NCBI GenBank assembly: GCA_021791895.1
Contig: JAJYVS010000005.1
Location: forward strand, 16,002 to 80,001
Direction of reading: 5' to 3'
From: Actinomycetes bacterium
Lineage (GTDB): Bacteria; Actinomycetota; Acidimicrobiia; Acidimicrobiales; RAAP-2
Length of the DNA stretch: 64,000 nucleotides
Shown here in pieces: positions 28,473-37,990 of the stretch (its first letter is position 1; each line of letters begins with the position of its first letter). The position numbers and the translations under genes are program-made. The notes below the pieces were generated by a model, which worked only from the letters and a program-made list of their open reading frames with translations, did no database searches and was not told where the DNA came from.

Positions 28473-29447
28473 GTGCAAGCGCGTTCTTCTCCCTCGCTCG
28501 CCGCGCCCGCGTCGGGGCCAGTGCCCTCGGTTGACGCGGTCATCTGGGCGCGGGGTCTGTCCAAGCGCTTCGGGGACCTGGTCGCCGTGGACGGGATCGA
28601 CTTCGACATCGCCAAGGGTGAGTCCTTCGGGTTCCTCGGCCCGAACGGCGCCGGCAAGACCTCGACCATGCGGATGATCGCGTGCATGTCGCCCAAGAGT
28701 GCGGGGACCCTGCGGGTGCTCGGCATGGACCCCGAGACCGACGGGCCGGCCATCAGGGGACGCATCGGGTTGGTGCCCCAGGACGACAGCCTGGACCTGC
28801 AGCTCACCGTCTTGGACAACCTGATGATCTACGGCCGCTACTTCGACCTGCCGAAGCGGGTGATCAGGGAGCGGGCGGAGCGGCTCCTCGCTTTCGCCGA
28901 GCTGAGCGAGCGGGCTGACGACACCGTGGAGCCGCTGTCGGGAGGCATGAAGCGGCGGCTCACGATCGCCCGGGCACTCGTGAGTGAGCCGGATCTGCTC
29001 ATCTTGGACGAGCCGACCACCGGCCTCGACCCCCAGGCCCGGCACCTCCTGTGGGACCGCCTCTACCGCCTGAAGAGCGAGGGGGTGACGCTCGTGATCA
29101 CCACCCATTACATGGACGAGGCCGAGCAGCTCTGCGACCGGCTGGTGGTGATGGACAAGGGGCGAATCGCCGCCTCCGGTCCGCCGTCGGCGCTCATCGA
29201 CCGCTACTCGACCAAAGAGGTCCTCGAGCTACGCTTCCTCGGCGCCGATCCGCCTGGGGAAGCGTTGCGCGGGATCGGCGAGCGGATCGAGGTGCTGCCC
29301 GACCGGGTCCTCATCTACGCCGACGACGGCGAGGGCGCTATGGGCGAGGTCACCGACCGCGGGGTGGAGCCCACCGCGTGGCTCGTGCGCCGCTCGAGCC
29401 TCGAGGACGTCTTCTTGTCGTTGACCGGACGGACGCTCATCGACTGA
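28473..29447 (+). CDS. ABC-2 exporter ATP-binding protein (NodI/DrrA-like)
   Basis: GPNGAGKTS, LSGGMKRR and LDEPTTGLDP. Start inferred from TAGCGT-N7-GTG. Confidence 0.9.
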   Translation: MQARSSPSLAAPASGPVPSVDAVIWARGLSKRFGDLVAVDGIDFDIAKGESFGFLGPNGAGKTSTMRMIACMSPKSAGTLRVLGMDPETDGPAIRGRIGLVPQDDSLDLQLTVLDNLMIYGRYFDLPKRVIRERAERLLAFAELSERADDTVEPLSGGMKRRLTIARALVSEPDLLILDEPTTGLDPQARHLLWDRLYRLKSEGVTLVITTHYMDEAEQLCDRLVVMDKGRIAASGPPSALIDRYSTKEVLELRFLGADPPGEALRGIGERIEVLPDRVLIYADDGEGAMGEVTDRGVEPTAWLVRRSSLEDVFLSLTGRTLID

Positions 29448-29462
29448 TCGGGGGCCTCGGTC

Positions 29463-30281
29463 GTGACGACCGATCTCGAGACCTGGGGGATCCAGCACGC
29501 GCAGGGGGCACGGATGCCTCCCAGCCTGCGCGTGCTGCGGTACCACCTCTACACCTACCTGCGGACGTGGCGGTCGTCCCTCACGACCAGCTTCCTCGCG
29601 CCGGTCCTGTACCTGGCGGCGATGGGGGTCGGGCTCGGCTCGCTCATCAACCACCACGTCGGCACGGTCGACCACGTGCGCTATCTGACCTTCGTCGCCC
29701 CGGGCCTGCTCGCCGCGAGCGCCATGCAGGTGGCGGCGAGCGACTCGATGTACCCGGTGATGGCGGCGATCAAGTGGATTCGTACCTACTACGCCATGCT
29801 GGCCACGCCCCTGGAGGTGTCCGACGTCCTCCTCGGCCACTTCGCCTGGGTCACGACGCGCCTCGTGCTTACCGCGGTTACCTACCTCGGGGTCATGGCG
29901 GCGTTCGGGACGGTGCACTCCCCGCTGGCGGTCCTGGCCGTGCCGACCGCCATCCTGACCGGCCTGTCGTTCTCCGCGCTCATCTCGGCTTTCGCCGCGA
30001 CCCAGGAGAACGACCAGGGGTTTGCCACCATCTCGCGCATGGGGCTCATCCCGCTGTTCCTCCTGTCGGCCACGTTCTTCCCGATCAGCCAGCTGCCCGG
30101 GTGGATGCACCCCCTCGCCTACGCCACCCCGCTGTACCACGGGGTCGACCTGTGCCGGATGCTGACCCTGGGCGGGGTCGACTGGGTCTCCGCCGCCTGG
30201 GACCTCGTGTACCTGGTCGCCCTCACCTCGGCCGGGGTGCTCCTCTCCCGCCGGCTCTTCGCCCGGCGCCTGGTGGTATGA
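29463..30281 (+). CDS. ABC-2 exporter permease (NodJ-like)
   Basis: PVLYLAAMG, FVAPGLLA and LSATFFPISQLP. Confidence 0.88.
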   Translation: MTTDLETWGIQHAQGARMPPSLRVLRYHLYTYLRTWRSSLTTSFLAPVLYLAAMGVGLGSLINHHVGTVDHVRYLTFVAPGLLAASAMQVAASDSMYPVMAAIKWIRTYYAMLATPLEVSDVLLGHFAWVTTRLVLTAVTYLGVMAAFGTVHSPLAVLAVPTAILTGLSFSALISAFAATQENDQGFATISRMGLIPLFLLSATFFPISQLPGWMHPLAYATPLYHGVDLCRMLTLGGVDWVSAAWDLVYLVALTSAGVLLSRRLFARRLVV

Positions 30282-31126
30282 GCGAGCCCGGCGCCCTCAC
30301 CCTGGCCCGCAACGGCGGTCTGCTCGCGCCGTCGGGACCCCGGATCACCCCGCTCGCCCTCCTCGGCCGGAGCGGGGCCAAGCGGGTGTTCCAGCGCAAC
30401 GTTGTCGTCTACCGCCGCGGCTGGAAGTTCCTCGTCTCGGGGTTCTTCGAGCCGTTCTTCTACCTGGTGTCGATCGGGCTCGGCCTGAGCAAGCTGGTCG
30501 GGGTGGTCCACCTCGACGGCCACGCCTTCCCCTACACGGTCTTCGTCGCCCCCGGCCTCCTCGCGGCCTCGGCGATGAACGGTGCGATCTTCGACTGCAC
30601 CTTCAAGATCTTCTTCCAGCTGAAGATCATGAAGGTCTACGACTCGATGCTGTCCACGCCGCTCTCCCCCGGGGACGTCGCGGCGGGGGAGCTCTTGTGG
30701 GCGCTCGCCCGGGGCGGCCTCTACTGCGGGGTCTTCATCTGTGTAATGGCCGGGTTCGGTTACGTGGGCACCCCGTGGGTGGTCCTGTGCTTCCCCGGCG
30801 CGATCTTCGCCGGGTACGCGTTCGCCGGGGTGGCTATGGCCGGCACCTCGTTCATGCGCAGCTGGCAGGACTTCGACTTCGTGTTCCTGGTCGCCCTGCC
30901 GCTCTTCTTGTTCTCGGCCACCTTCTACCCGCTCGCCGTCTACCCCGGCTGGCTGCAGCTGGTGATCCGTTGCACCCCCCTGTACCAGGCCGTGGCCCTC
31001 CTGCGGGGGTTCGACCTCGGGTTGTTCACCTGGTCGCTCCTCGGCCACGTTGCCTACCTGGTGGCGATGGGTTCGGCGGGACTGGCCGTCACCGCCCGGC
31101 GCCTGGCCCGGCTGGTCCTGCCCTAA
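30278..31126 (+). CDS. ABC-2 exporter permease (second paralog)
   Basis: SGFFEPFFYL, FVAPGLLA and FSATFYPL; ATGA overlap with the previous gene. Confidence 0.88.
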   Translation: MSEPGALTLARNGGLLAPSGPRITPLALLGRSGAKRVFQRNVVVYRRGWKFLVSGFFEPFFYLVSIGLGLSKLVGVVHLDGHAFPYTVFVAPGLLAASAMNGAIFDCTFKIFFQLKIMKVYDSMLSTPLSPGDVAAGELLWALARGGLYCGVFICVMAGFGYVGTPWVVLCFPGAIFAGYAFAGVAMAGTSFMRSWQDFDFVFLVALPLFLFSATFYPLAVYPGWLQLVIRCTPLYQAVALLRGFDLGLFTWSLLGHVAYLVAMGSAGLAVTARRLARLVLP

Positions 31127-31194
31127 GGCTGCGCTGGCGCGGCGTCGGGCCGTCGGGGGAATCTTGAGCGACGTTCGCGGAGGGGGAGGGATCC

Positions 31195-31971
31195 ATGGAC
31201 CTCGAGCTCGAAAACAAGGCGGTGCTCGTGACCGGCGGGTCCAACGGGCTCGGACGGGCCCTGTGCCACCGGTTGGTGGCCGAGGGGGCGGCCGTGGCCT
31301 TCTGCGGGCGCGACCCCGAGCGGATCGAGGAGACCCGAGCGGCCCTCGAGGCCGAAGGGGGACAGGTGCTTGCGGTGGCGGCCGACGTCACCGAGCACGC
31401 CGACCTCGCCCGGCTGCTCGAGGGCACGCTCGAGCGGTTCGGGCGCCTCGACGGGTTGGTCAACAACGCCGGCCGGGGTGCCGCCCGGCCGCTCCTCGAG
31501 CTGACCGACGCGGACTGGGACGAGGACCTGGCCCTGAAGCTGGCGGCGGCGACGCGCCTGTGCTCACTCGGGTTGGAGGCGCTCTCGCGCCAGGGCGGTT
31601 CGATCGTGAACGTGCTGGCCATCGGGGGCAAGACGCCGGGGTCCGGGTCCATGCCGTCGTCGGTGAGCCGGGCGGCGGGCCTCGCCCTCACCAAGGCCCT
31701 GTCGAAGGAGGCCGGACCGACCGGCGTCCGGGTGAACGCCGTCATGATCGGTCTGGTCGAGAGCGGCCAGTGGGAACGGCGGGCGGCCGCCGCCGGCACG
31801 TCGCTCGACGCGCTCTACGAGGACATGGCCAGAGGGTCGGGCATCCCGCTCGGCCGGGTCGGGCGGGCCGAGGAGTTCGCCGACCTGGTCGCGTTCTTGC
31901 TCTCACCCCGGGCCGGCTATGTGAGCGGGGCGGCGATCAACCTCGACGGCGGCCTGTGCGCCGTCGTGTGA
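31195..31971 (+). CDS. SDR family oxidoreductase
   Basis: TGGSNGLG and NNAG. The YxxxK position reads S-VS-R-A, which is atypical. Confidence 0.85.
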   Translation: MDLELENKAVLVTGGSNGLGRALCHRLVAEGAAVAFCGRDPERIEETRAALEAEGGQVLAVAADVTEHADLARLLEGTLERFGRLDGLVNNAGRGAARPLLELTDADWDEDLALKLAAATRLCSLGLEALSRQGGSIVNVLAIGGKTPGSGSMPSSVSRAAGLALTKALSKEAGPTGVRVNAVMIGLVESGQWERRAAAAGTSLDALYEDMARGSGIPLGRVGRAEEFADLVAFLLSPRAGYVSGAAINLDGGLCAVV

Positions 31972-31972
31972 C

Positions 31973-33808
31973 ATGAGCGGGCCCCCCGAGCCACTCGTCG
32001 CGACGGCCCCGCTCCAAGGGACGGTCGTCTCGGTCGTGGCGCCCGGCCAGGAGGTGGCGGCGGGCCAGACGGTGGCGGTCCTCGAGTCGATGAAGATGGA
32101 GCACGTCGTGGTGGCCGAGGTGGCAGGGACGGTGCTCGAGGTCGCGCCCCGGGCCGGCGACACCGTCGAGAAGGGCGATCCGCTGGTCGTCATCGAGCCC
32201 GGTGGGGTCGCGGCGTCGGCGCCGGTCGAACCGGCCGGTGCCGGCCCCGGGTTGCGCCCCGAGCTGGTCGAGCTGCAGTCCCGGCGGGCGCGCCTCGAGG
32301 ATGCCGCCCGACCCGACGCCATGGCCCGCCGGCACGCCACCGGTCACCGGAGCGCCCGGGAGAACCTGGCCGACCTGATCGACGAGGGCTCCTTCGTCGA
32401 GTACGGCGGCCTGGTGGTCGCGGCCCAACGCCGGCGGCGCAGCGTCGAAGAGCTCATCGAGCGGACGCCCGGCGACGGGCTGGTGGGCGGGATCGCCCGT
32501 GTGAACGGGGCCATTGTCGGCGAGGACCGGGCCCGCTGCGCCGTCGTCTCCTACGACTACACCGTCTTGGCCGGGACCCAGGGGCACATGAACCACCGGA
32601 AAAAGGACCGGCTCTTCGAGCTCATCGAGCGGATGCGGCTGCCGCTCGTCCTCTTCGCCGAGGGCGGCGGCGGCCGTCCCGGTGACACCGACGGGGCTGG
32701 CGTGACCGGCCTCGACACCCGGGCCTTCGCGCTGTTCGCCAGCCTGAGCGGCCTGGTCCCGCTGGTGGGGGTGGTGGGGGGTCGCTGCTTCGCCGGCAAC
32801 GCCGCCTTGCTCGGCTGCTGCGACGTGATCATCGCCACCGCCGACACCACGCTCGGGATGGGCGGCCCGGCCATGATCGAGGGTGGCGGCCTCGGGGTGT
32901 TCGCGCCCGAGGCGGTGGGCCCGATGTCGGTCCAGGTGGACAACGGGGTCGTCGACGTGGCAGTCGAGGACGACGCGGCCGCGGTGGCCGCGGCCAAGAG
33001 GTACCTCTCCTACTTCCAGGGACGGTTCGCCGGGTGGGACTGCGCCGACCAGGAGGCGCTGCGGACGTGCGTGCCCGAGGACCGCCGCCGGATCTACGAC
33101 GTCCACCGGGTCTTGGAGCTCCTGGTCGATACGGGGTCGGTCCTCGAGCTGCGCCCCACCTACGGCCCGGCCATGGTGACGGCGCTATGCCGCCTGGAAG
33201 GGCGCCCGGTCGGGGTGGTGGCGAACAACCCCGTGCACCTCGCCGGTGCGATCGACGGCCCGGCCGCCAACAAGGCGGCCCGGTTCCTCGCCCTCTGCGA
33301 CGCCTTCGACCTCCCGGTCGTCTTCCTCTGCGACACCCCCGGGTTCATGGTCGGACCCGAGGCCGAGCGGGCGGCCCTGGTTCGCCACGCAGGCCGGCTC
33401 TTCGTCACCGGGGCCAGCCTGACCGTGCCGTTCTGCACGGTGGTCCTGCGCAAGGGCTACGGCCTGGGCGCCCAGGCTATGGCCGGCGGGAGCTTCCGCG
33501 AGCCGCTGTGGATCGGCTCCTGGCCGACCGGCGAGTTCGGTGGCATGGGGCTCGAGGGGGCGGTCCGGCTCGGCTATCGCCGTGAGCTCGAGGCGGTGGA
33601 GGACGAGGCCGAGCGCGAGGCGCTGTTCGAGGCGATGGTGCAGCGCTCGTACTCGGTGGGCAAGGCCCTCAACGTGGCCACCTACTTCGAGGTCGACGAG
33701 GTCATTGACCCGGCTGAGACCCGGGAGCGGTTGTCGGCGGTCCTCGCCGCGGCCCCGGCCCCGCCGGCCCGGACGGCGAAGAAGCGTCCGGTCGTCGATC
33801 CGTGGTGA
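31973..33808 (+). CDS. Biotin-carrier + carboxyltransferase fusion (acyl-CoA carboxylase-like, no biotin carboxylase domain)
   Basis: ESMKME biotinylation motif at the N-terminus, then DYTVLAGTQG, EGGGGRPGD and DTPGFMVG. Confidence 0.85.
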   Translation: MSGPPEPLVATAPLQGTVVSVVAPGQEVAAGQTVAVLESMKMEHVVVAEVAGTVLEVAPRAGDTVEKGDPLVVIEPGGVAASAPVEPAGAGPGLRPELVELQSRRARLEDAARPDAMARRHATGHRSARENLADLIDEGSFVEYGGLVVAAQRRRRSVEELIERTPGDGLVGGIARVNGAIVGEDRARCAVVSYDYTVLAGTQGHMNHRKKDRLFELIERMRLPLVLFAEGGGGRPGDTDGAGVTGLDTRAFALFASLSGLVPLVGVVGGRCFAGNAALLGCCDVIIATADTTLGMGGPAMIEGGGLGVFAPEAVGPMSVQVDNGVVDVAVEDDAAAVAAAKRYLSYFQGRFAGWDCADQEALRTCVPEDRRRIYDVHRVLELLVDTGSVLELRPTYGPAMVTALCRLEGRPVGVVANNPVHLAGAIDGPAANKAARFLALCDAFDLPVVFLCDTPGFMVGPEAERAALVRHAGRLFVTGASLTVPFCTVVLRKGYGLGAQAMAGGSFREPLWIGSWPTGEFGGMGLEGAVRLGYRRELEAVEDEAEREALFEAMVQRSYSVGKALNVATYFEVDEVIDPAETRERLSAVLAAAPAPPARTAKKRPVVDPW

Positions 33809-33821
33809 GTCGGATCGCCCA

Positions 33822-33851
33822 TTGTCCGGCGCCCCGCCGGCAGGCTAGGTT
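33822..33851 (+). promoter_or_regulatory. Sigma70-type promoter firing into a convergent intergenic gap
   Basis: TTGTCC-N18-TAGGTT. Confidence 0.55.
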
Positions 33852-33857
33852 CGTGGC

Positions 33858-34005
33858 CTCCGGAGATGGGCCGACGGCCCCCGATCGGATCTTGGGATGA
33901 GGGGGTTCCGCGGGCGGCGCCCCGGGGAGTCGGTGAAGGCCGCTCCCCAGGGGCGGTCGTCCATCGGTCCCGAAGGGTCCCTCGGACGACCCGTTCTCCT
34001 GAACC
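33858..34005 (+). ncRNA. Candidate structured small RNA (long irregular hairpin)
   Basis: Follows the promoter above. Nested complementarity across the whole gap, with many G-U pairs on the + strand. No credible CDS. Confidence 0.5.
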
Positions 34006-34006
34006 C

Positions 34007-34957
34007 TCAGTTCTGCCCTGCCACGAGGACCACTTTGCCGAGCTTGTGCCCGGCCTCGAAGCGGTCGTAGGCCGCAGCGGCCTCGGCGAAGGTGAAGGTG
34101 GCGCAGACCGGGACCGAGAGCGCCCCCGAGGCCAGGTGGGGGAGGACGTGGCGTCGCACCGCCTCGACCACCGACCCCTTGGCCACCCGGTCGCGGGCCC
34201 GCAACGTCGAGCCCGAGATGCGGGCCCGCTTGGCCATCACCGCGCCGAGCTGGAGCGTGACCTCCCTGCCGCTGCCGATGCCGATGACCGCGATCCTCCC
34301 GCCGACCCCGAGCGCGGCGAGGGCATCCGGGAAGCTGGCCGCGCCGACCAGCTCGAGGACCACGTCGTAGGGGCCGTGGTCGGCGACCGAGTCGGGATCG
34401 ATGGCCTCGTGGGCCCCGAGGTCGCGCAGCGCCCCTCGGCGGTCCGGGTCGCGGACCGAGGCGACCACGGTGGCGCCGGCGAGCCGACCCAGTTGGACCG
34501 CGGCGGTGCCGACGCCGCCAGCGGCCCCGGTGACCAGCAGACGCTCGCCTGATGCCAGGCCGGCTTGGCTGAACAGCGCGTCGAACGCGGTGCAGAAGGT
34601 CTCGGGGAACCCGCCGGCCTGTTCCCACCCGACGCCGTCGGGGACCGCCAGCGCGTGGGCCTCGTCGACCACCGCGATCTCGGCCTGGCCGCCCCCGCCC
34701 AACAGGCCCATGACCCGGTCGCCGGCGGCGAACCGACGGACCTGGCGCCCCACCGCCACGACGACTCCGGCCATCTCCAGGCCCGGTACGTCGGCCGGGG
34801 ACCCAGGCGGGGCCGGGTACACCCCCCGGCGCTGGCCGAGGTCGGCGCCGTTCAGGCCGGCACCTTGCACCGAGACGCAGAGCTCGGTGTCGCCGGGCAC
34901 CGGGTCGGGTTGCTCGGTCCAGACGAGCTCACCGTTCGCGATCACCACGGCGTGCAT
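34007..34957 (-). CDS. NAD(P)H:quinone oxidoreductase (MDR/zeta-crystallin, PIG3-like)
   Basis: GLNGADLGQRRGVYP, PGLEMAG, TGAAGGVG and GSTLRAR. Confidence 0.88.
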   Translation of the reverse strand: MHAVVIANGELVWTEQPDPVPGDTELCVSVQGAGLNGADLGQRRGVYPAPPGSPADVPGLEMAGVVVAVGRQVRRFAAGDRVMGLLGGGGQAEIAVVDEAHALAVPDGVGWEQAGGFPETFCTAFDALFSQAGLASGERLLVTGAAGGVGTAAVQLGRLAGATVVASVRDPDRRGALRDLGAHEAIDPDSVADHGPYDVVLELVGAASFPDALAALGVGGRIAVIGIGSGREVTLQLGAVMAKRARISGSTLRARDRVAKGSVVEAVRRHVLPHLASGALSVPVCATFTFAEAAAAYDRFEAGHKLGKVVLVAGQN

Positions 34958-35035
34958 GCGACCTCCTCGGTCACGGTCGGTCGCGAGCCTGGCCCAAGGG
35001 CCCGGGACGGCGCCACCACAGTGCCGGGGCCGCGA

Positions 35036-36649
35036 CTACGCCGGAGGGTCCGGGTCGACCAGCACCCCGGGGTTCATCACACCCCCCGGGTCGACCGCCC
35101 GCTTGGCCGCCCGCAGCGCCGCGGCGAACAGCTCGGGTCGTTCCCGGTCGTACCAGGGCCGGTGCTGACGACCGACCGCGTGGTGGTGGGTGATGGTGCC
35201 CCCGGCAGCCTCGATGGCGTCCGATGCCGCCGCCTTGATGGCGGCCTGCTGGCCCAGCGGGTCGGCGCCCGAGCGATAGGCGCCGAGGTAGGTGTAGTAG
35301 GGCGCCGGACCGTCGGGGTAGACGTGGGTGAACCGGCAGTTGAGCGTCCCGCCGCCACAGGCCTCGTCCAGCGCGGCCGTCGTGGCCTCACGGACCGCGT
35401 GATCGAAGGCCGGCCAGCGGTCCCAGGTGATCGCGGTCTCGAAGGTGCCCGAGACGAGCCCGAGCCCGGCGTTGGCCCCCCCGAGGCCACCGGAGCCGGG
35501 GATGAAGGCCTGTCGCCAGGCTCCGACCGCGCCCGAGCGCCCGGTGGCCTCACCGTGGCCGTCGTCGACGACCAGCTCGTCGTCGGCGACGAGGCCCCCC
35601 GAGGCGCGGGCGACGCCCACCGCGAGCTCGAGGAGCGCCCGCTGGGACACCTCGGCCGACTCGAAGCCGATGATCAGGAGGGCCTGGCCGCCTTCGATCC
35701 CGGCGCTGCCGGCCGCGAGCTCCGGGTCGAGCAGGCGGAGGTTGGCCGGCCACAGCTTGGCCTGGACGATCCTTCGGGTGGCCTCGTAGCCGGCCGCCCA
35801 ATCGGCGAACCGGACGCCGGCGGTGGCCCGGAACCGAGGCCGGGCCTGGATCCGCATCCAGGCCTCGGAGATGACGCCGAGGATCCCCTCGGATCCGATG
35901 ACGAGTCGGTTGGGGTCGGGGCCGGCACCTGAGCCCGGAAGCCTGCGGGTCTCCAGCCACCCGGTCGGGGTGAGCATCCGCACCGACTCGACGAACTCGT
36001 CGATGTGCGTGTGGTTGGTCGCGTAGTGCCCGCCGGAGCGGGTCGCGATCCATCCCCCGAGCGTCGAGCCGGTGAAGCTCTGGGGGAAGTGCCGCAGGGT
36101 GAAGCCGAGTGGACGGAGCTGGTCCTCCAAGTGGGGACCGAAGACCCCGGCCTGGATGCGGGCGGCGCGCGAGACGTCGTCGACCTCGAGGACCCGGTCG
36201 AGCTGGTCCATGGCGACGGTCACGACCGGTCCGTTGTCCGCTGGCGGGGTGACGCCGCCGACGACCGAGGAGCCCCCGCCGTAGGGGACCATGCAGTACC
36301 CGGCGTCCCCGCACCAGTCGATGATCGCCTCGAGCTCATCCTCGGTGCGCGGGTGGGCGACGGCATCGGGCGGGTTCGGGTACCGGCCGAAGGGGGCGTG
36401 ATCGACCCGGTCGTAGCCATAGGAGTGGTAGGCGCGCTCCCAGGTGTCCTGGCGGCAGCAGCCCGCGAGCGACGCGGGGACGGCCACCCGCGGGGCGCGC
36501 AGCGTCAGCTCGTCGAGGTTGGGGATGCGGGGAGCGGCGAGTTCGGTCCCGAACCGGGCCGACAGTGAGGCCGCCACCTCTCGGCGGCGCGCCTCGGTCG
36601 GCTCGTCGGCCTCCAGGCCCCACATCCACAGGCTTCGGCGCGGCGCCAA
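35036..36649 (-). CDS. FAD-binding oxidoreductase (alkyl-DHAP-synthase-like, VAO family)
   Basis: PYGGGSSVVGG, HFPQSF..STLGGWIATRSGG, GSEGILG and ITHHHAVG; TTG start after GAGGAG. Confidence 0.85.
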   Translation of the reverse strand: MAPRRSLWMWGLEADEPTEARRREVAASLSARFGTELAAPRIPNLDELTLRAPRVAVPASLAGCCRQDTWERAYHSYGYDRVDHAPFGRYPNPPDAVAHPRTEDELEAIIDWCGDAGYCMVPYGGGSSVVGGVTPPADNGPVVTVAMDQLDRVLEVDDVSRAARIQAGVFGPHLEDQLRPLGFTLRHFPQSFTGSTLGGWIATRSGGHYATNHTHIDEFVESVRMLTPTGWLETRRLPGSGAGPDPNRLVIGSEGILGVISEAWMRIQARPRFRATAGVRFADWAAGYEATRRIVQAKLWPANLRLLDPELAAGSAGIEGGQALLIIGFESAEVSQRALLELAVGVARASGGLVADDELVVDDGHGEATGRSGAVGAWRQAFIPGSGGLGGANAGLGLVSGTFETAITWDRWPAFDHAVREATTAALDEACGGGTLNCRFTHVYPDGPAPYYTYLGAYRSGADPLGQQAAIKAAASDAIEAAGGTITHHHAVGRQHRPWYDRERPELFAAALRAAKRAVDPGGVMNPGVLVDPDPPA

Positions 36650-36750
36650 CGTCGGGCTCCTCTGTCGTCACGGGTCGGCCGGCGGACGCGGCCCCGGCCG
36701 GATGGTATCGGCCGCGGCGATCGGCCGGTCGATCCGTTAGCCTCCCGGCC

Positions 36751-37239
36751 ATGGCTCTTTTCGACATCCCCATCGCGACCCTCGACGGGCAGTCGTCGTC
36801 CCTGGCGGCGTATCAGGGCAAGACGCTCCTGATGGTCAACGTCGCCTCCAAGTGCGGCCTCACCCCCCAGTACACCGGGCTGGAGGAACTCCAGAAGACC
36901 TACGGCGATCGGGGGTTCAGCGTGCTCGGGTTCCCCTGTAACCAGTTCGGCGGGCAGGAGCCGGGCACCCCCGAGGAGATCGCCACCTTCTGCTCCACCA
37001 CCTACGGGGTGACCTTCCCCATGTTCGAGAAGATCGACGTGAACGGGCAGGGCCGCCACCCGATCTACCAGGAGCTGACCCAGGTCCCCGACGCCGAGGG
37101 CAACGCCGGCGACATCCAGTGGAACTTCGAGAAGTTCCTCGTGGCCCCGTCCGGTCAGATCGTGGCCCGGTTCCGTCCGCGGACCGAGCCGCAGGACCCG
37201 ACCGTCCTCGAGGCCATCACCGCCAACCTGCCGTCCTGA
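36751..37239 (+). CDS. Glutathione-peroxidase family peroxidase (Cys type)
   Basis: NVASKCGLTPQY, GFPCNQFGGQEPG and WNFEKFL; leaderless TAGCCT-N7-ATG. Confidence 0.93.
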   Translation: MALFDIPIATLDGQSSSLAAYQGKTLLMVNVASKCGLTPQYTGLEELQKTYGDRGFSVLGFPCNQFGGQEPGTPEEIATFCSTTYGVTFPMFEKIDVNGQGRHPIYQELTQVPDAEGNAGDIQWNFEKFLVAPSGQIVARFRPRTEPQDPTVLEAITANLPS

Positions 37240-37267
37240 GCGCTGGCCCCGGCCGGTGGGCACGCCG

Positions 37268-37990
37268 ATGACCGCCGGCTTCGACGCGTCCATCTTCGAC
37301 ATGGACGGACTCCTCGTCGACTCCGAGCCCCTGTGGCAGGCTGCCGAGGTCGAGATCCTCGGTGCTCTCGGGGTGCCCCTCGACCCGAACCGGTGCCGAC
37401 AGACCAAGGGGATGTTCGTCGGCGAGGTGACGGTGTATTGGCACGAGCGCTTCCCCTGGGACGGGCCGTCCACCGACGAGGTCGCGCTGCGGGTGGTCGA
37501 CCGGGTCTGCGAGCTGGTCGTCGAGCGCGGCGTCCTGCAGCCCGGCGTGCACCAGACACTCGAGCTGTGCCGATCCCACGGCCTCGCGCTGGCAGTCGCC
37601 TCGTCCTCGGGGTACCGGCTGATCGAGTTGGTCCTCGACCACTTCGGGCTGGCCGTGTCGTTCCCTGTCGTCCACTCGGCCGAGGACGAGCCGCTCGGCA
37701 AGCCCCACCCCGGCGTCTACCTCGGGGCGGCGGCCAAGCTCGGGGTCGACCCGACCCGCTGCCTCGCCTGGGAGGACGCCGCCGCCGGCGTGCTGGCGGC
37801 CAAGGCCGCCCGGATGGTGTGCGTCGCCGTGCCCGAGGCGGCAGAACGGGACCGGCCGGCCTTTTCCATCGCCGACGCCGTCCTCGGGTCGCTCGTCGAG
37901 GTCGATGAGCCGCTCTACGAGTCGCTGGTGGCCGCCAGCGCGCTGCCCGGTCTCGGCGCGCCCGAGGTCCCCGCCGAGCGCGCCACCTGA
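37268..37990 (+). CDS. HAD-family sugar phosphatase (HxpB/YniC-like)
   Basis: FDMDGLLVDSEPLW, ASSS, GKPHP and WEDA. Confidence 0.85.
   Translation: MTAGFDASIFDMDGLLVDSEPLWQAAEVEILGALGVPLDPNRCRQTKGMFVGEVTVYWHERFPWDGPSTDEVALRVVDRVCELVVERGVLQPGVHQTLELCRSHGLALAVASSSGYRLIELVLDHFGLAVSFPVVHSAEDEPLGKPHPGVYLGAAAKLGVDPTRCLAWEDAAAGVLAAKAARMVCVAVPEAAERDRPAFSIADAVLGSLVEVDEPLYESLVAASALPGLGAPEVPAERAT

Noticed and set aside
28473..31126. NodI/NodJ-like exporter as evidence of Nod-factor or antibiotic biosynthesis
   Set aside because: No nodABC, PKS or NRPS genes nearby. This ABC-2 trio is a common actinobacterial unit.
33858..34005. SRP RNA or tRNA-Sec identity for the structured element
   Set aside because: It lacks the CAGG/AGCA loop with a GNRA tetraloop, and lacks a TTC-loop or CCA cloverleaf.
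33866..34552. 228-aa ORF starting just after the intergenic promoter
   Set aside because: Mostly antisense to the quinone oxidoreductase, with no RBS or motif. The RNA structure explains the promoter better.
36751..37239. Selenocysteine-containing peroxidase
   Set aside because: The active-site codon is TGC (Cys), and there is no in-frame TGA.
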